DNA of 48,084 nucleotides from Ktedonobacterales bacterium (lineage in GTDB: Bacteria; Chloroflexota; Ktedonobacteria; Ktedonobacterales; JADMIN01), in the NCBI GenBank assembly GCA_035642255.1, contig DASQSS010000381.1, forward strand, positions 1 through 48,084. Reading direction: 5' to 3'. A model generated the notes under the pieces. It was given only the letters and a program-made list of their open reading frames with translations. It searched no databases and had not been told where the DNA came from. Position numbers and translations under genes: made by a program. Of the stretch, positions 19,872 through 27,936 are shown piece after piece. Position 1 is the first letter of the stretch. Each line of letters begins with the position of its first letter.

Positions 19872-21182
19872 ATGGCAATCAATACACGACTTCAGCTACC
19901 TATCGTCGAGAACACCGCACAGGCGCAGCCCGAGGGCGCCGTCTGCGAGGAAAGCTCCGATGCTCAGGCGCTCCCCTCCTTGGTGGAATGGCGCGCGAGC
20001 GCGGCCGGAGCGTTGGCGACCCCTCAGCCGCGCCATGCTGGAGCGGAGCGGGCCGACCAGATTCCGCGCGAGTATGCGCTGATGAGCCAGGCCGAGCTAG
20101 ATGAGCGCATTGCGCGCGCGCGGGCGACACTGGGCGCGCGGCTGGTGATTCTCGGCCATCACTACCAGCGCGACGAGATCATCAAATACGCCGATGCGCG
20201 CGGCGACTCCTTCAAGCTGGCGCAGTTCGCGGCGACGAAGAAAGAAGCCGACTACATCGTCTTTTGCGGTGTGCATTTCATGGCGGAGAGCGCCGACATC
20301 CTCAGCGAAGAGCGCCAGCGTGTCGTGCTGCCCAATCCTGCCGCTGGCTGCTCGATGGCCGACATGGCCAACATCGCCGAGGTCGAGGAATTGTGGGAGA
20401 TTCTCGATGACCTCTATCGCGATGAGGTGAGCGATGCGAGCGACGTGGGCGAGGGGGCGCCGCAGCCAGTCATTCCGATCACCTACATGAACTCCGCCGC
20501 CAATCTCAAAGCGTTCTGCGGGCGCAACGGCGGCATCGTCTGCACGTCATCGAACGCGCAGCAGGTGATGGAGTGGGCGTTTGCGCGCGGGCGGCGTGTG
20601 CTCTTCTTCCCGGATGAGCATCTGGGCCGCAATACCGCGCTGAAGATGGGCATCGCTCCAGAGCGCATCGTCGTCTGGAATCAGCGCAAGGATTTCGGCG
20701 ACATCGCAGACGAGCAGACGCTGATCGACGCGCAGGTGATTCTCTGGAAGGGCTGGTGCTCGACACATCAACGCTTCTCCGCTGAGCAGATCGCCGAGGC
20801 GCGCGAGCGCTTCCCAGGCGTGCGGGTCGTGGTGCATCCGGAGTGCAACCACGAGACGGTGATGGCCGCCGATCTCAACGGCTCGACAGAGTACATTATC
20901 AAGGTCGTCGAGGAGTCGCCAGCGGGCGCCGTCTGGGCCATTGGCACAGAGATCAATCTCGTGAAGCGCCTCGCGCGGGAGCATCCTGACAAGACGATCT
21001 TCTGCCTCGACCCAATCGTCTGCCCCTGCTCCACGATGTACCGCATCCATCCGGCCTATCTCGCCTGGGTGCTGGAGGAGCTGGTGGAGGGGCGCATCGT
21101 GAACCAGGTCAGTGTAGACGGCGAGACCGCTCGCTGGGCCAAGGTCGCGCTGGAGCGCATGCTCGCGACCAAAGGGAAGTAG
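19872..21182 (+). CDS. nadA: Quinolinate synthase (long N-terminal form)
   Basis: LGHHYQRDE, GDSFKLAQ and cysteine-ligand regions (AAGCSMA, KGWCSTH, CPCSTM). GAGGAG SD upstream. Confidence 0.92.
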   Translation: MAINTRLQLPIVENTAQAQPEGAVCEESSDAQALPSLVEWRASAAGALATPQPRHAGAERADQIPREYALMSQAELDERIARARATLGARLVILGHHYQRDEIIKYADARGDSFKLAQFAATKKEADYIVFCGVHFMAESADILSEERQRVVLPNPAAGCSMADMANIAEVEELWEILDDLYRDEVSDASDVGEGAPQPVIPITYMNSAANLKAFCGRNGGIVCTSSNAQQVMEWAFARGRRVLFFPDEHLGRNTALKMGIAPERIVVWNQRKDFGDIADEQTLIDAQVILWKGWCSTHQRFSAEQIAEARERFPGVRVVVHPECNHETVMAADLNGSTEYIIKVVEESPAGAVWAIGTEINLVKRLAREHPDKTIFCLDPIVCPCSTMYRIHPAYLAWVLEELVEGRIVNQVSVDGETARWAKVALERMLATKGK

Positions 21183-21652
21183 CGTCGCGGGGCGTCGCGA
21201 CCGCGGAAGGCGGATGGTGGGCGTGGTGTACGTCTGCCATCCGCCTCTGCGCATGTGGTGGCTCTTTCCCGCTATACGCGATTGCGCATCATAGCTTCGC
21301 TCACTTCGCTCATTTCGCTCACTATGTGTATCTCCATAGCGCAGCAGGCGGCATGGCGGCGTCCACACCATATGCCGTGGGCGCCTGCCCCATCAATTCA
21401 GCTCCGCTTGCTATTCGCTTGCTGTTAGAAGCCCACGCGAAGCCCATCGCTCATCTGATGTCGGCGTGATACAGCGCCTCCCAGGTCAGACCGTGTATGT
21501 GATGTGGACGATAGTACAGCTTGCTCCCAGCGAGTACACTGGCGACACCGAGCGCCAGTTTCGACGCTCGCCACATGCGTTAGGTGAGTCGCGATCCGTC
21601 CGAGCTGCGGACCGGGTCGCGGTGGCGCCTACAGGGCCTAGAGGGGGCGAGA

Positions 21653-22999
21653 ATGGCATCGTCTGAGGAGCGCGGGTGGTACCCGCGTCGTTGGTGGAAT
21701 TGGTGGGCCACGGTGACAAGCGCGGTCAGCGTCGCACTGTTGATGAGTGGGTGCGCGCCGGGCGGTGGCAGCGTGCTGACGCTCTCGACGCCAACGCCTA
21801 CCCCAACCATGTGCACGAGCCACGCCGAGACGACGGCGCAGGCGCGCACAGTGTCCCAACAACTCTACGGGCAGATCGGCAGCCGCGCGGACGGGGCGCT
21901 GAGTGACCTTCGCTATCCACTGGGTCTGCCCAACGAAGACTTCGTCGCGAGCCTTGGCAATCCTCCACATCCCGGCTACAGTGTGTTCTCGCCAAACGGC
22001 AAGTATCTAGCGACCGATGTGCTTCTAGAAGGTCCGAATATCGTCAGCGCCTATCCATATGTCATCAATACGGCGACACATCTGGCCACGCGGCTTCCAG
22101 TACCGGCCTCGGTCAATGTAGACGGCGCGTACTACAACGAGTGGCTCCGCGAGCGCAGCCTGGCCTGGGTGGATGACCACACGCTGCTGTTCTTCGCGGG
22201 CGCAAATACCAACACCACCGTCACTCAGGGTTCACGCGGTACACGCGTCTTCATCTACAACATGGCGACAGGCTCAGCCAGCCTGCTTTCCGGCGTAACC
22301 GCTGCCGCTGGCGGCATCGTGCGCTGTGGCATCCTGTACTACCAGGAAGTGACGCCGCTCGCGCCATACGGCCCCGTCGGCTGGCTGAAAGGCAAGGCGC
22401 TGCTGCATCGCTATGATCTGCGGACGCGCACAGAGATCGGCGCACCAATCGGGCTGGGCGAGACGTTCGGCTTTGGCGGGTGGGAGAGCCATTTCGACGG
22501 CCCCGGCTGGGATGTTTCAGCGGATGGCCATCTGCTGGTCTATCAGCAAACACGGGTCATCGCCGCGAGTGATCGATTGGTGATGACGTCGCAGTTCATG
22601 CGCGCGAACCCAGATGGCAGCGGCGGTGCCCGTATTCTCATGGCCGCGTCGCCCAGCGTCACCATGCTGATCTCGATTTCGCCCGCCAACAAGCTGGTCG
22701 CCGCCACCGATGGCGATGTGGACGCGCTCAGGGATCCCGAGGCGACCGGGCTGATTTCAGACTCGATGACAGTGGTCGGCAGTACTACGGCAGGTAGCTC
22801 CGTCGAGTACTTCTCGATCATCGGAACCGTGCTGCCCGCCTGGACAGTCGGCGATCGTTTCCTCGCCTCTCGGGCCGATTCATCCGCCATAAACGGCATT
22901 GGCGCGACGATCTACAGCTACCGCTTCGATGGCGCGAGCACAAGCGCGCCCACCAGCGTCGCGACAGATGCGACGTACCCCGCCACGCTCATCGTGTGA
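21653..22999 (+). CDS. Lipoprotein with TolB/PD40-like beta-propeller repeats
   Basis: Signal peptide with lipobox LLMSGC, then FSPNGKYLATDV and WDVSADGHLLVYQQ repeats. ATG 21653 follows GAGGGGG. Confidence 0.65.
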   Translation: MASSEERGWYPRRWWNWWATVTSAVSVALLMSGCAPGGGSVLTLSTPTPTPTMCTSHAETTAQARTVSQQLYGQIGSRADGALSDLRYPLGLPNEDFVASLGNPPHPGYSVFSPNGKYLATDVLLEGPNIVSAYPYVINTATHLATRLPVPASVNVDGAYYNEWLRERSLAWVDDHTLLFFAGANTNTTVTQGSRGTRVFIYNMATGSASLLSGVTAAAGGIVRCGILYYQEVTPLAPYGPVGWLKGKALLHRYDLRTRTEIGAPIGLGETFGFGGWESHFDGPGWDVSADGHLLVYQQTRVIAASDRLVMTSQFMRANPDGSGGARILMAASPSVTMLISISPANKLVAATDGDVDALRDPEATGLISDSMTVVGSTTAGSSVEYFSIIGTVLPAWTVGDRFLASRADSSAINGIGATIYSYRFDGASTSAPTSVATDATYPATLIV

Positions 23000-23049
23000 A
23001 CCTGCCTGCCTGGCCTATCCAATATCGTCCTCGTCGCCGCCAGGGCTGG

Positions 23050-23132
23050 TGGCATGGACTAGACTAATGCTCGATAACGCTGGACTCGACAGGCGCTAAC
23101 GTCCATGCCAACACGCCTTCGAGTCCAGCGTT
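23050..23132. repeat. Interleaved perfect inverted repeats (10-bp pair A/A' and 14-bp pair B/B')
   Basis: A TGGCATGGAC 23050-23059 pairs with A' 23101-23110. B AACGCTGGACTCGA 23076-23089 pairs with B' 23119-23132. Order is A-B-A'-B'. Confidence 0.8.
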
Positions 23133-23205
23133 CCATAATTCCATAGTGCGGACATAGCATGCCAACCCGTGATGCCTGTCCGGTTGAGGCGTTCACCATG
23201 CGTTA

Positions 23206-23255
23206 GCCCCCATCCTGCCCCCTCTTTTTCTGGGAGAGGTAGGCAGGGTGAGGGC
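23206..23255. repeat. GC-rich REP-like imperfect palindromic element (copy 1)
   Basis: GCCCCCATCCTGCCCCCTC / TTTTTCTG / GGAGAGGTAGGCAGGGTGAGGGC. Its right arm ends in GGGTGAGGGCGC, as in the element at 29617-29670. It lies between convergent genes. Confidence 0.6.
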
Positions 23256-23292
23256 GCATCAATGTCCACGGCGCGTCATGCCGCGCGGTCAC

Positions 23293-24099
23293 TCACGGCG
23301 TCACTGGAATCGCGGGCGCATGGTAGAAACTTGGACTCGTCTCTGTCTCTGCGCCGAGTGGCAAGAGGAGTGTCGGCGCCGGCGACTGTCGCACGATCTG
23401 TGTCGCGACGGCCCCCGCGAAGAAACGCTCGTTGCGCGCTCGGCTGTGCGTCGTCATAACGATGGCGCCGATGCGCTGCCGCTTCGCGAGGCGCACGAGC
23501 GCGGTTCCCGGCTCACCCAGCAGAATCTTCGTCGTGACCGGAGCGGTTGTCCGCTCAGCGGTTTCGCTCTGGAGATGGCGCAGGTAGCTGACGATCTCGT
23601 GGACACGCGCCAGGCGAGTCCGCCGGATGGTGGATGCCAGCGCGCCAAGCAGCTTTGAGGACAGCGCCATCGGGACGACGTGCGTCAACACCACCTCACC
23701 ACCGAACACCTCGGCCAGCGAACAGGCCAAAGGAATCGCTCGCTCAGCATGCTTGTGGCCATCCAGCGGCACGACAACCGTTGGGTGGCGCGCCGTCAGC
23801 AGGGTCGCGGGCGCCAGGTTCGCTGGCCAGAAGAGCAGTGGTGTATGCAGGCGCAGCAGCGCCCACGACGTCGTGTGTGGATACCACACGATCTCTGTCA
23901 GGTCGCGCCGCTGCGGAGTCAACAGAATGAGATCCGCCTGGCGCGACCCGGCCTCTGACGCCGCTGATGGCATCGGCGACTCGACCAGCTCCGCCGAGAC
24001 GAATGTTCCCTGAAAACGCTGGGCTAGCGCGGAGCCAACCGTGAGCGCTAGCTTCGCATCCATATCTGGAGAACGTGGCGTAACGATCGTGTGAAACAT
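23293..24099 (-). CDS. Universal stress protein, tandem USP domains (USP-1)
   Basis: Two USP halves. The C-terminal ATP-binding-type block is VMTTHSRARNERFFAGAVATQIVRQSPAPTLLLP. ATG 24099 is preceded by GGAGGCAGG. Confidence 0.85.
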   Translation of the reverse strand: MFHTIVTPRSPDMDAKLALTVGSALAQRFQGTFVSAELVESPMPSAASEAGSRQADLILLTPQRRDLTEIVWYPHTTSWALLRLHTPLLFWPANLAPATLLTARHPTVVVPLDGHKHAERAIPLACSLAEVFGGEVVLTHVVPMALSSKLLGALASTIRRTRLARVHEIVSYLRHLQSETAERTTAPVTTKILLGEPGTALVRLAKRQRIGAIVMTTHSRARNERFFAGAVATQIVRQSPAPTLLLPLGAETETSPSFYHAPAIPVTP

Positions 24100-24197
24100 A
24101 GCCTGCCTCCATTCAGGCGCCGCCATCAGCCATGCTGTGCGCTGGGGTATCCAGTGGAGTCATGACCTGACGTAACGCCCCTTCAGTGTCGGCGCCA

Positions 24198-24221
24198 GGT
24201 CATCACAGCGCCATCACGAAG
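24198..24221 (-). promoter_or_regulatory. Composite box CTTCGTGATG-N4-TGTGATGAC upstream of USP-1
   Basis: The minus-strand sequence is CTTCGTGATGGCGCTGTGATGACC, which matches hsp20-upstream 36899-36922 at 19 of 24 positions. It lies ~100 nt upstream of the USP-1 ATG. Confidence 0.55.
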
Positions 24222-24241
24222 CGAGGTGGCGCTCTCACGCC

Positions 24242-24250
24242 GTCATCACA
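24242..24250 (-). promoter_or_regulatory. Second GTCATCACA (TGTGATGAC) box in the USP-1/gsp spacer
   Basis: Exact 10-mer CGTCATCACA at 24241-24250. On the minus strand it is preceded by TTGACGGCGTAC. Confidence 0.45.
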
Positions 24251-24296
24251 GTACGCCGTCAAGATACCGGTCTGGAGGCGCCTACAGTCTATGCCC

Positions 24297-24305
24297 GTCA
24301 TCACA
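24297..24305 (-). promoter_or_regulatory. Third GTCATCACA (TGTGATGAC) box in the USP-1/gsp spacer
   Basis: Exact 10-mer CGTCATCACA at 24296-24305. The minus-strand ATGTGATGACG 11-mer is identical to the hsp20 copy. Confidence 0.45.
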
Positions 24306-24498
24306 TACATGGGTAGGTCAATATAGACATAATGTGAGATTTTTGTGACATGCGAGACAGCGCTCGTGCGAGACGTGTGATATCCTCGTTGGATGATGTC
24401 GCATGTGCGGCTGAGAGTGGTTGCAGGCGCCCTTTGTGGACGTTTACCAGGTCGCACAAGATATCATCCGGGAATCCGGATGAGTCGGAGGGGTGAAC

Positions 24499-25071
24499 AT
24501 GAAGACCATTGTTGGCATGTTCGAGAACACGCGCGATGTCGATGCGGTCCTGGCCGAACTCGAGAAGCACGGCTTCAACAAGAACGATGTGAGCGTGGTC
24601 GCTCGCCGTGAGGTGCTCAAGGAAAGCGGTCTCGACATCACGACGGGCGCTGAGGTGGGCGCCATTACGGGAGCGACAACGGGTGGCGTCGCTGGCTTGT
24701 TGATTGGCCTGGGCGCGCTGACGATTCCTGGCATCGGACCGATCGTTGCGGCAGGCGAGTTCCTGACGTGGGTTGGCGCGACGGTGCTGGGCCTGGCTGC
24801 TGGAGCCATCGGTGGTGGCCTGCTCGGTGGTCTGGTGGCGCTGGGTCTGCCAGAGCATGAGGCGAAGGTGTATGTCGAGGGCATCAAGCGCGGCAACCTG
24901 ATCGTCGCAGTGCGCGCGACTGACGAGCGCCTTGCCGAAGCGGAGCAAATCTTCCGCGCTGGGAATGCTGTTGACATCAACACGCGTCGCCAGGAGTGGG
25001 AAGAGGACATCGTTCCAGTGGGCGCGATGAGCCCCACGGAAGAGGCTGGCTATCCCACCACAGAGGCGTAA
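24499..25071 (+). CDS. YflT/general-stress-protein-17M-like protein with central glycine-zipper membrane segment
   Basis: MKTIVGMFENTRDVDAVLAELEKHGF... resembles the YflT N-terminal domain. The centre is GAITGATTGGVAGLLIGLGALTIPGIGPIVAAG. A second alpha/beta module follows (EAKVYVEGIKRGNLIVAV). Confidence 0.65.
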   Translation: MKTIVGMFENTRDVDAVLAELEKHGFNKNDVSVVARREVLKESGLDITTGAEVGAITGATTGGVAGLLIGLGALTIPGIGPIVAAGEFLTWVGATVLGLAAGAIGGGLLGGLVALGLPEHEAKVYVEGIKRGNLIVAVRATDERLAEAEQIFRAGNAVDINTRRQEWEEDIVPVGAMSPTEEAGYPTTEA

Positions 25072-25132
25072 GGTTACGCACGTAACCTGCTCCCTCACCT
25101 TGCTCCCTCGCACAGTGAGAGCGCGGTGACGT

Positions 25133-25171
25133 GGCCCCCGATTCTGGGCGAAAACCCTCGAATCGGGGGCC
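25133..25171 (+). terminator. Hairpin terminator after the YflT-like gene
   Basis: 12-bp perfect stem GGCCCCCGATTC / GAATCGGGGGCC with a 15-nt loop, followed by ATTGTCATT. Confidence 0.5.
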
Positions 25172-25436
25172 ATTGTCATTCTCCCCAACCCAACTCCTAT
25201 GGCTCACGGCGCGATGCGAACAGCTCCCGACTACGAGCGCGCCGCGTGATTGAGAGTGATTGAGACAAGTATGTGAGATGTGCGGCTCGAATTGAGATGA
25301 GAATGTTCATTGGCGGGGATAGGTTCAGAGCGACGGCGCGAGCGTCAGCCTCGCGGAGTAGGCTCTAACGCTCAGGTCAGCCGTCAGCCCGCTGGCGCAT
25401 CACTGACAAGCCAGCCGGTAAGAAGGAGCGTTTCTC

Positions 25437-25877
25437 ATGACGCAGCCCGCACCCGTGCAAACGGTCGATCGTATGTCGCTGATCGTCTTTTCTGGAACCG
25501 TGGACAAGTTGCTAGCCGCCTCCATCCTCGCGACTGGCGCCGCCGCGATGGGACTGGAAGTCGAAATCTTCCTCACGACGTGGGGTATCTTGTCGTTCCG
25601 CAAAGACGACTATCTGACCAACACGCGCCTCAGCAAGGACTTCGAAGAATATGGCCCTGCCATGATGGAAGCCATGCAGGCGAAAAAGGCTACCTCATGG
25701 ATGGAGAACCTGCGCGGCGCCAAAGAAATCGGCGACGTGAAGGTGTTCGCGTGCAGCATGACGATGGAACTGTTCGGCATCAAGCAAAGCGACCTGGACC
25801 CAATCGTGGACGAAGTCACTGGCGTCGCGACGTTTGTCGAACGGGCTAAGGACGCCAAAGTCACACTGTTCATCTGA
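25437..25877 (+). CDS. DsrE/DsrF-like sulfur-relay family protein
   Basis: LIVFSGTVDKLLAASILATGAAAMGLEVEIFLTTWG and VFACSMTMELFG fit the DsrE-like (COG2210-type) pattern. AAGGAG SD upstream. Confidence 0.75.
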   Translation: MTQPAPVQTVDRMSLIVFSGTVDKLLAASILATGAAAMGLEVEIFLTTWGILSFRKDDYLTNTRLSKDFEEYGPAMMEAMQAKKATSWMENLRGAKEIGDVKVFACSMTMELFGIKQSDLDPIVDEVTGVATFVERAKDAKVTLFI

Positions 25878-26001
25878 TTCTCGTTGTCTCGGACCCTTGG
25901 TTTGATGAGCCCGAGATAGAAGGGCGCCGCCGCACCTGCGGCAAGACAGAACACGCTCAGCCGGCGCCGCCCTTTCCAGCATAGGATGGAGGTTTCCCAT
26001 C

Positions 26002-26250
26002 ATGACAGCGCCACAGGATCTCAAAGTCAGCATGGATATCGACGCACGCGGCAGCTTCTGCCCTGGCCCGCTCATGGAGCTGATTCGCGGTATCAAGTCC
26101 CTCAAAGTGGGCGACGTGCTCGCGGTGCGGTCGGGTGATCCCGGCTCGAACAAGGACATCCCCGCGTGGATCCAGAAGGCTGGGCACGAATTCATCGGCG
26201 CTTTCCCCGAAGCTGACTGCACACGCTTCGTTGTGCGCAAGATGCGTTAA
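26002..26250 (+). CDS. TusA/SirA-like sulfurtransferase
   Basis: 82 aa with the diagnostic DARGSFCPGPLM (CPxP) motif. Confidence 0.85.
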   Translation: MTAPQDLKVSMDIDARGSFCPGPLMELIRGIKSLKVGDVLAVRSGDPGSNKDIPAWIQKAGHEFIGAFPEADCTRFVVRKMR

Positions 26251-26264
26251 GAGGGAGCCAAACG

Positions 26265-27467
26265 ATGGCACGGCGTATCGTCATTATCGGTGGCGGGGTT
26301 GGCGGGACGATCCTCGCTAACGTGCTCGCTCGCCGACTCTCGCCCGAAGAAGCTGATGTAACCCTGATTGACAGCACAGGTGTCCATGTCTATATGCCCG
26401 CCTGGCTGTATGTGCCATTCAGCGATGAGCCAGTGAGTCGGAGCCAGTTCGAGCGCCCCGAAGACACCCTGCTGAATCACCGCGTGCACCTGGTCGTCGG
26501 TGAGGTCACGAAGATCGACCCCGCCAATCGTACGCTGGAAGTGAGTCACGGGACCAGCCGCCCGACCATCAAAGGCACGGGCGGGGCCACCAGCGCGATG
26601 TACATGTACGATGAGCTTGTGCTGGCGACGGGCGCCCGGCTGGCTCCGCAAGACCTGACCGGTCTGAGCGAGGCGGCTGGCGCCTATAACGAGTTCTACA
26701 GCGCGCAGGGGGCGTACAACCTGCGCGAGGCGCTCCAGTCGTTCGAGGGTGGGCGCATCGTGGTCGCCGTCGGCGGCATTCCCTACCGATGTCCGCCTGC
26801 GCCGCTGGAGTTCACATTCCTGCTCGATGAGTGGCTGCGACGCCACCACTTGCGCGACAAGACCGAGATCGAGTACCTCTTCCCGCTGCCACGCGTGTTC
26901 CCCATTGAGACCGTGGCTGATGTCGCCGCGCCGCTGCTCGAACAGCAGGGGGTAAAGACGCGGCTGTTCTTCAATGCCGATGAGGTGGATGGCGAGCACA
27001 AGGTCATCAAGTCGCTGGAGGGCGAAGAGGTTCCCTACGATCTGTTGGCTCTCATTCCCCCACATCGCGGCTCGCAGGTGGTCGAGGCGAGCGGGCTGGG
27101 CGATCCACAGGGGTGGGTGGTGACCAACCGCACGACACTGGAAGTAACCAATCACGAGCACATCTATGCGCTCGGCGACGCGACCAATCTGCCCGTTTCA
27201 AAGAGCGGGTCTGCGGCGCACTTCGAGGCAAAGGCGCTGGCTACGCGGCTCGTGGCGCTGGTGCGGGGCGAGCAGCCAGATTCCGAGCATGCCGAGTATG
27301 ATGGTGAGGTGATGTGTTTCCTGGAGACAGGAAACAACCGCGCGACGCAGCTGGTCTTCAACTACGAGAACCCGCCGCATCCGCCGAAGCCAAGCCTCTA
27401 CTATCATATGGAGAAGCAGCTCTTCAATCACGCCTACTGGTACATCGTCCCGCAAGGGATCGTGTAG
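26265..27467 (+). CDS. FAD-dependent sulfide:quinone oxidoreductase-like flavoprotein
   Basis: RIVIIGGGVGGT dinucleotide fold. Conserved-Cys contexts PYRCPPAPLEF and EVMCFLETG resemble the two redox cysteines of SQR-type enzymes. Confidence 0.8.
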   Translation: MARRIVIIGGGVGGTILANVLARRLSPEEADVTLIDSTGVHVYMPAWLYVPFSDEPVSRSQFERPEDTLLNHRVHLVVGEVTKIDPANRTLEVSHGTSRPTIKGTGGATSAMYMYDELVLATGARLAPQDLTGLSEAAGAYNEFYSAQGAYNLREALQSFEGGRIVVAVGGIPYRCPPAPLEFTFLLDEWLRRHHLRDKTEIEYLFPLPRVFPIETVADVAAPLLEQQGVKTRLFFNADEVDGEHKVIKSLEGEEVPYDLLALIPPHRGSQVVEASGLGDPQGWVVTNRTTLEVTNHEHIYALGDATNLPVSKSGSAAHFEAKALATRLVALVRGEQPDSEHAEYDGEVMCFLETGNNRATQLVFNYENPPHPPKPSLYYHMEKQLFNHAYWYIVPQGIV

Positions 27468-27477
27468 GCGCTCATGA

Positions 27478-27525
27478 CCATCTCAGCATGGCTGGCGCGA
27501 GCGCGCCGGGGTCGTGCTGAGATGG
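27478..27525 (+). terminator. Hairpin terminator after the SQR-like gene
   Basis: 11-bp perfect stem CCATCTCAGCA / TGCTGAGATGG enclosing a second GGCGCG/CGCGCC helix, followed by CTTCGTGCGTTGTATTCTT. It begins 11 nt after the stop. Confidence 0.55.
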
Positions 27526-27592
27526 CTTCGTGCGTTGTATTCTTAGTGCGTCAGGCCAGAGCCACCAGGACGATCTGGTCAACACATGTGGA

Positions 27593-27630
27593 CGATTCAG
27601 CGGCGCACCCCCGCCAGCGCCGCTGAATCG
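27593..27630 (+). other. 14-bp perfect hairpin in the SQR/cytochrome b spacer
   Basis: CGATTCAGCGGCGC / loop ACCCCCGCCA / GCGCCGCTGAATCG. No U-tract. ~170 nt upstream of the 41-aa ORF. Confidence 0.6.
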
Positions 27631-27801
27631 CTCGTTCATCCGATCCGGCGTTCCGGCGTTTGTGACTCAAGACACGTTTACCCCCAGGCGCAGGGCGCCG
27701 CCACATGACGAACTTATTCCGCCACGCGCTACCCACTGCTACCACACGCTATGTCGTACGCGCTCACCTTGACACGGGAGCGATCCGAGAGGAGAAACAA
27801 C

Positions 27802-27927
27802 GTGTCTCAGTACGTACAGTTTGGCGCTATTCTCATCACCGTCCCTAACCTGATTGTCATCGGCACGATGATCGTTGTGTTCGCGCTTGGCCTATGGCTG
27901 AAGCTTCCGAGCCATACGAACGAATAG
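27802..27927 (+). CDS. 41-aa single-TM peptide (below the ORF-track length cutoff)
   Basis: GTG at 27802 is preceded by GAGAGGAGAAAC. It encodes VSQYVQFGAILITVPNLIVIGTMIVVFALGLWLKLPSHTNE. Its stop (27925-27927) is embedded in the TAGGAG SD of the cytochrome b gene. Confidence 0.4.
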   Translation: MSQYVQFGAILITVPNLIVIGTMIVVFALGLWLKLPSHTNE

Positions 27928-27936
27928 GAGATCATC

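Noticed and set aside
21466-21719. Short ORFs (66 and 77 aa, plus a 41-aa MWRASKLALGV… frame) in the nadA-lipoprotein spacer, considered as possible mobile-element remnants.
   Set aside because: No recognisable transposase or integrase motifs, no SD sequences, and the frames mutually overlap. This is not supportable from sequence alone.
24340-24385. CRP/FNR-type site (TGTGA-N6-TCACA) among the many TGTGA motifs, e.g. TGTGACATGCGAGACA.
   Set aside because: The right half-site matches only 3 of 5 positions. The other TGTGA occurrences are direct rather than inverted repeats. No full CRP-like palindrome was found.
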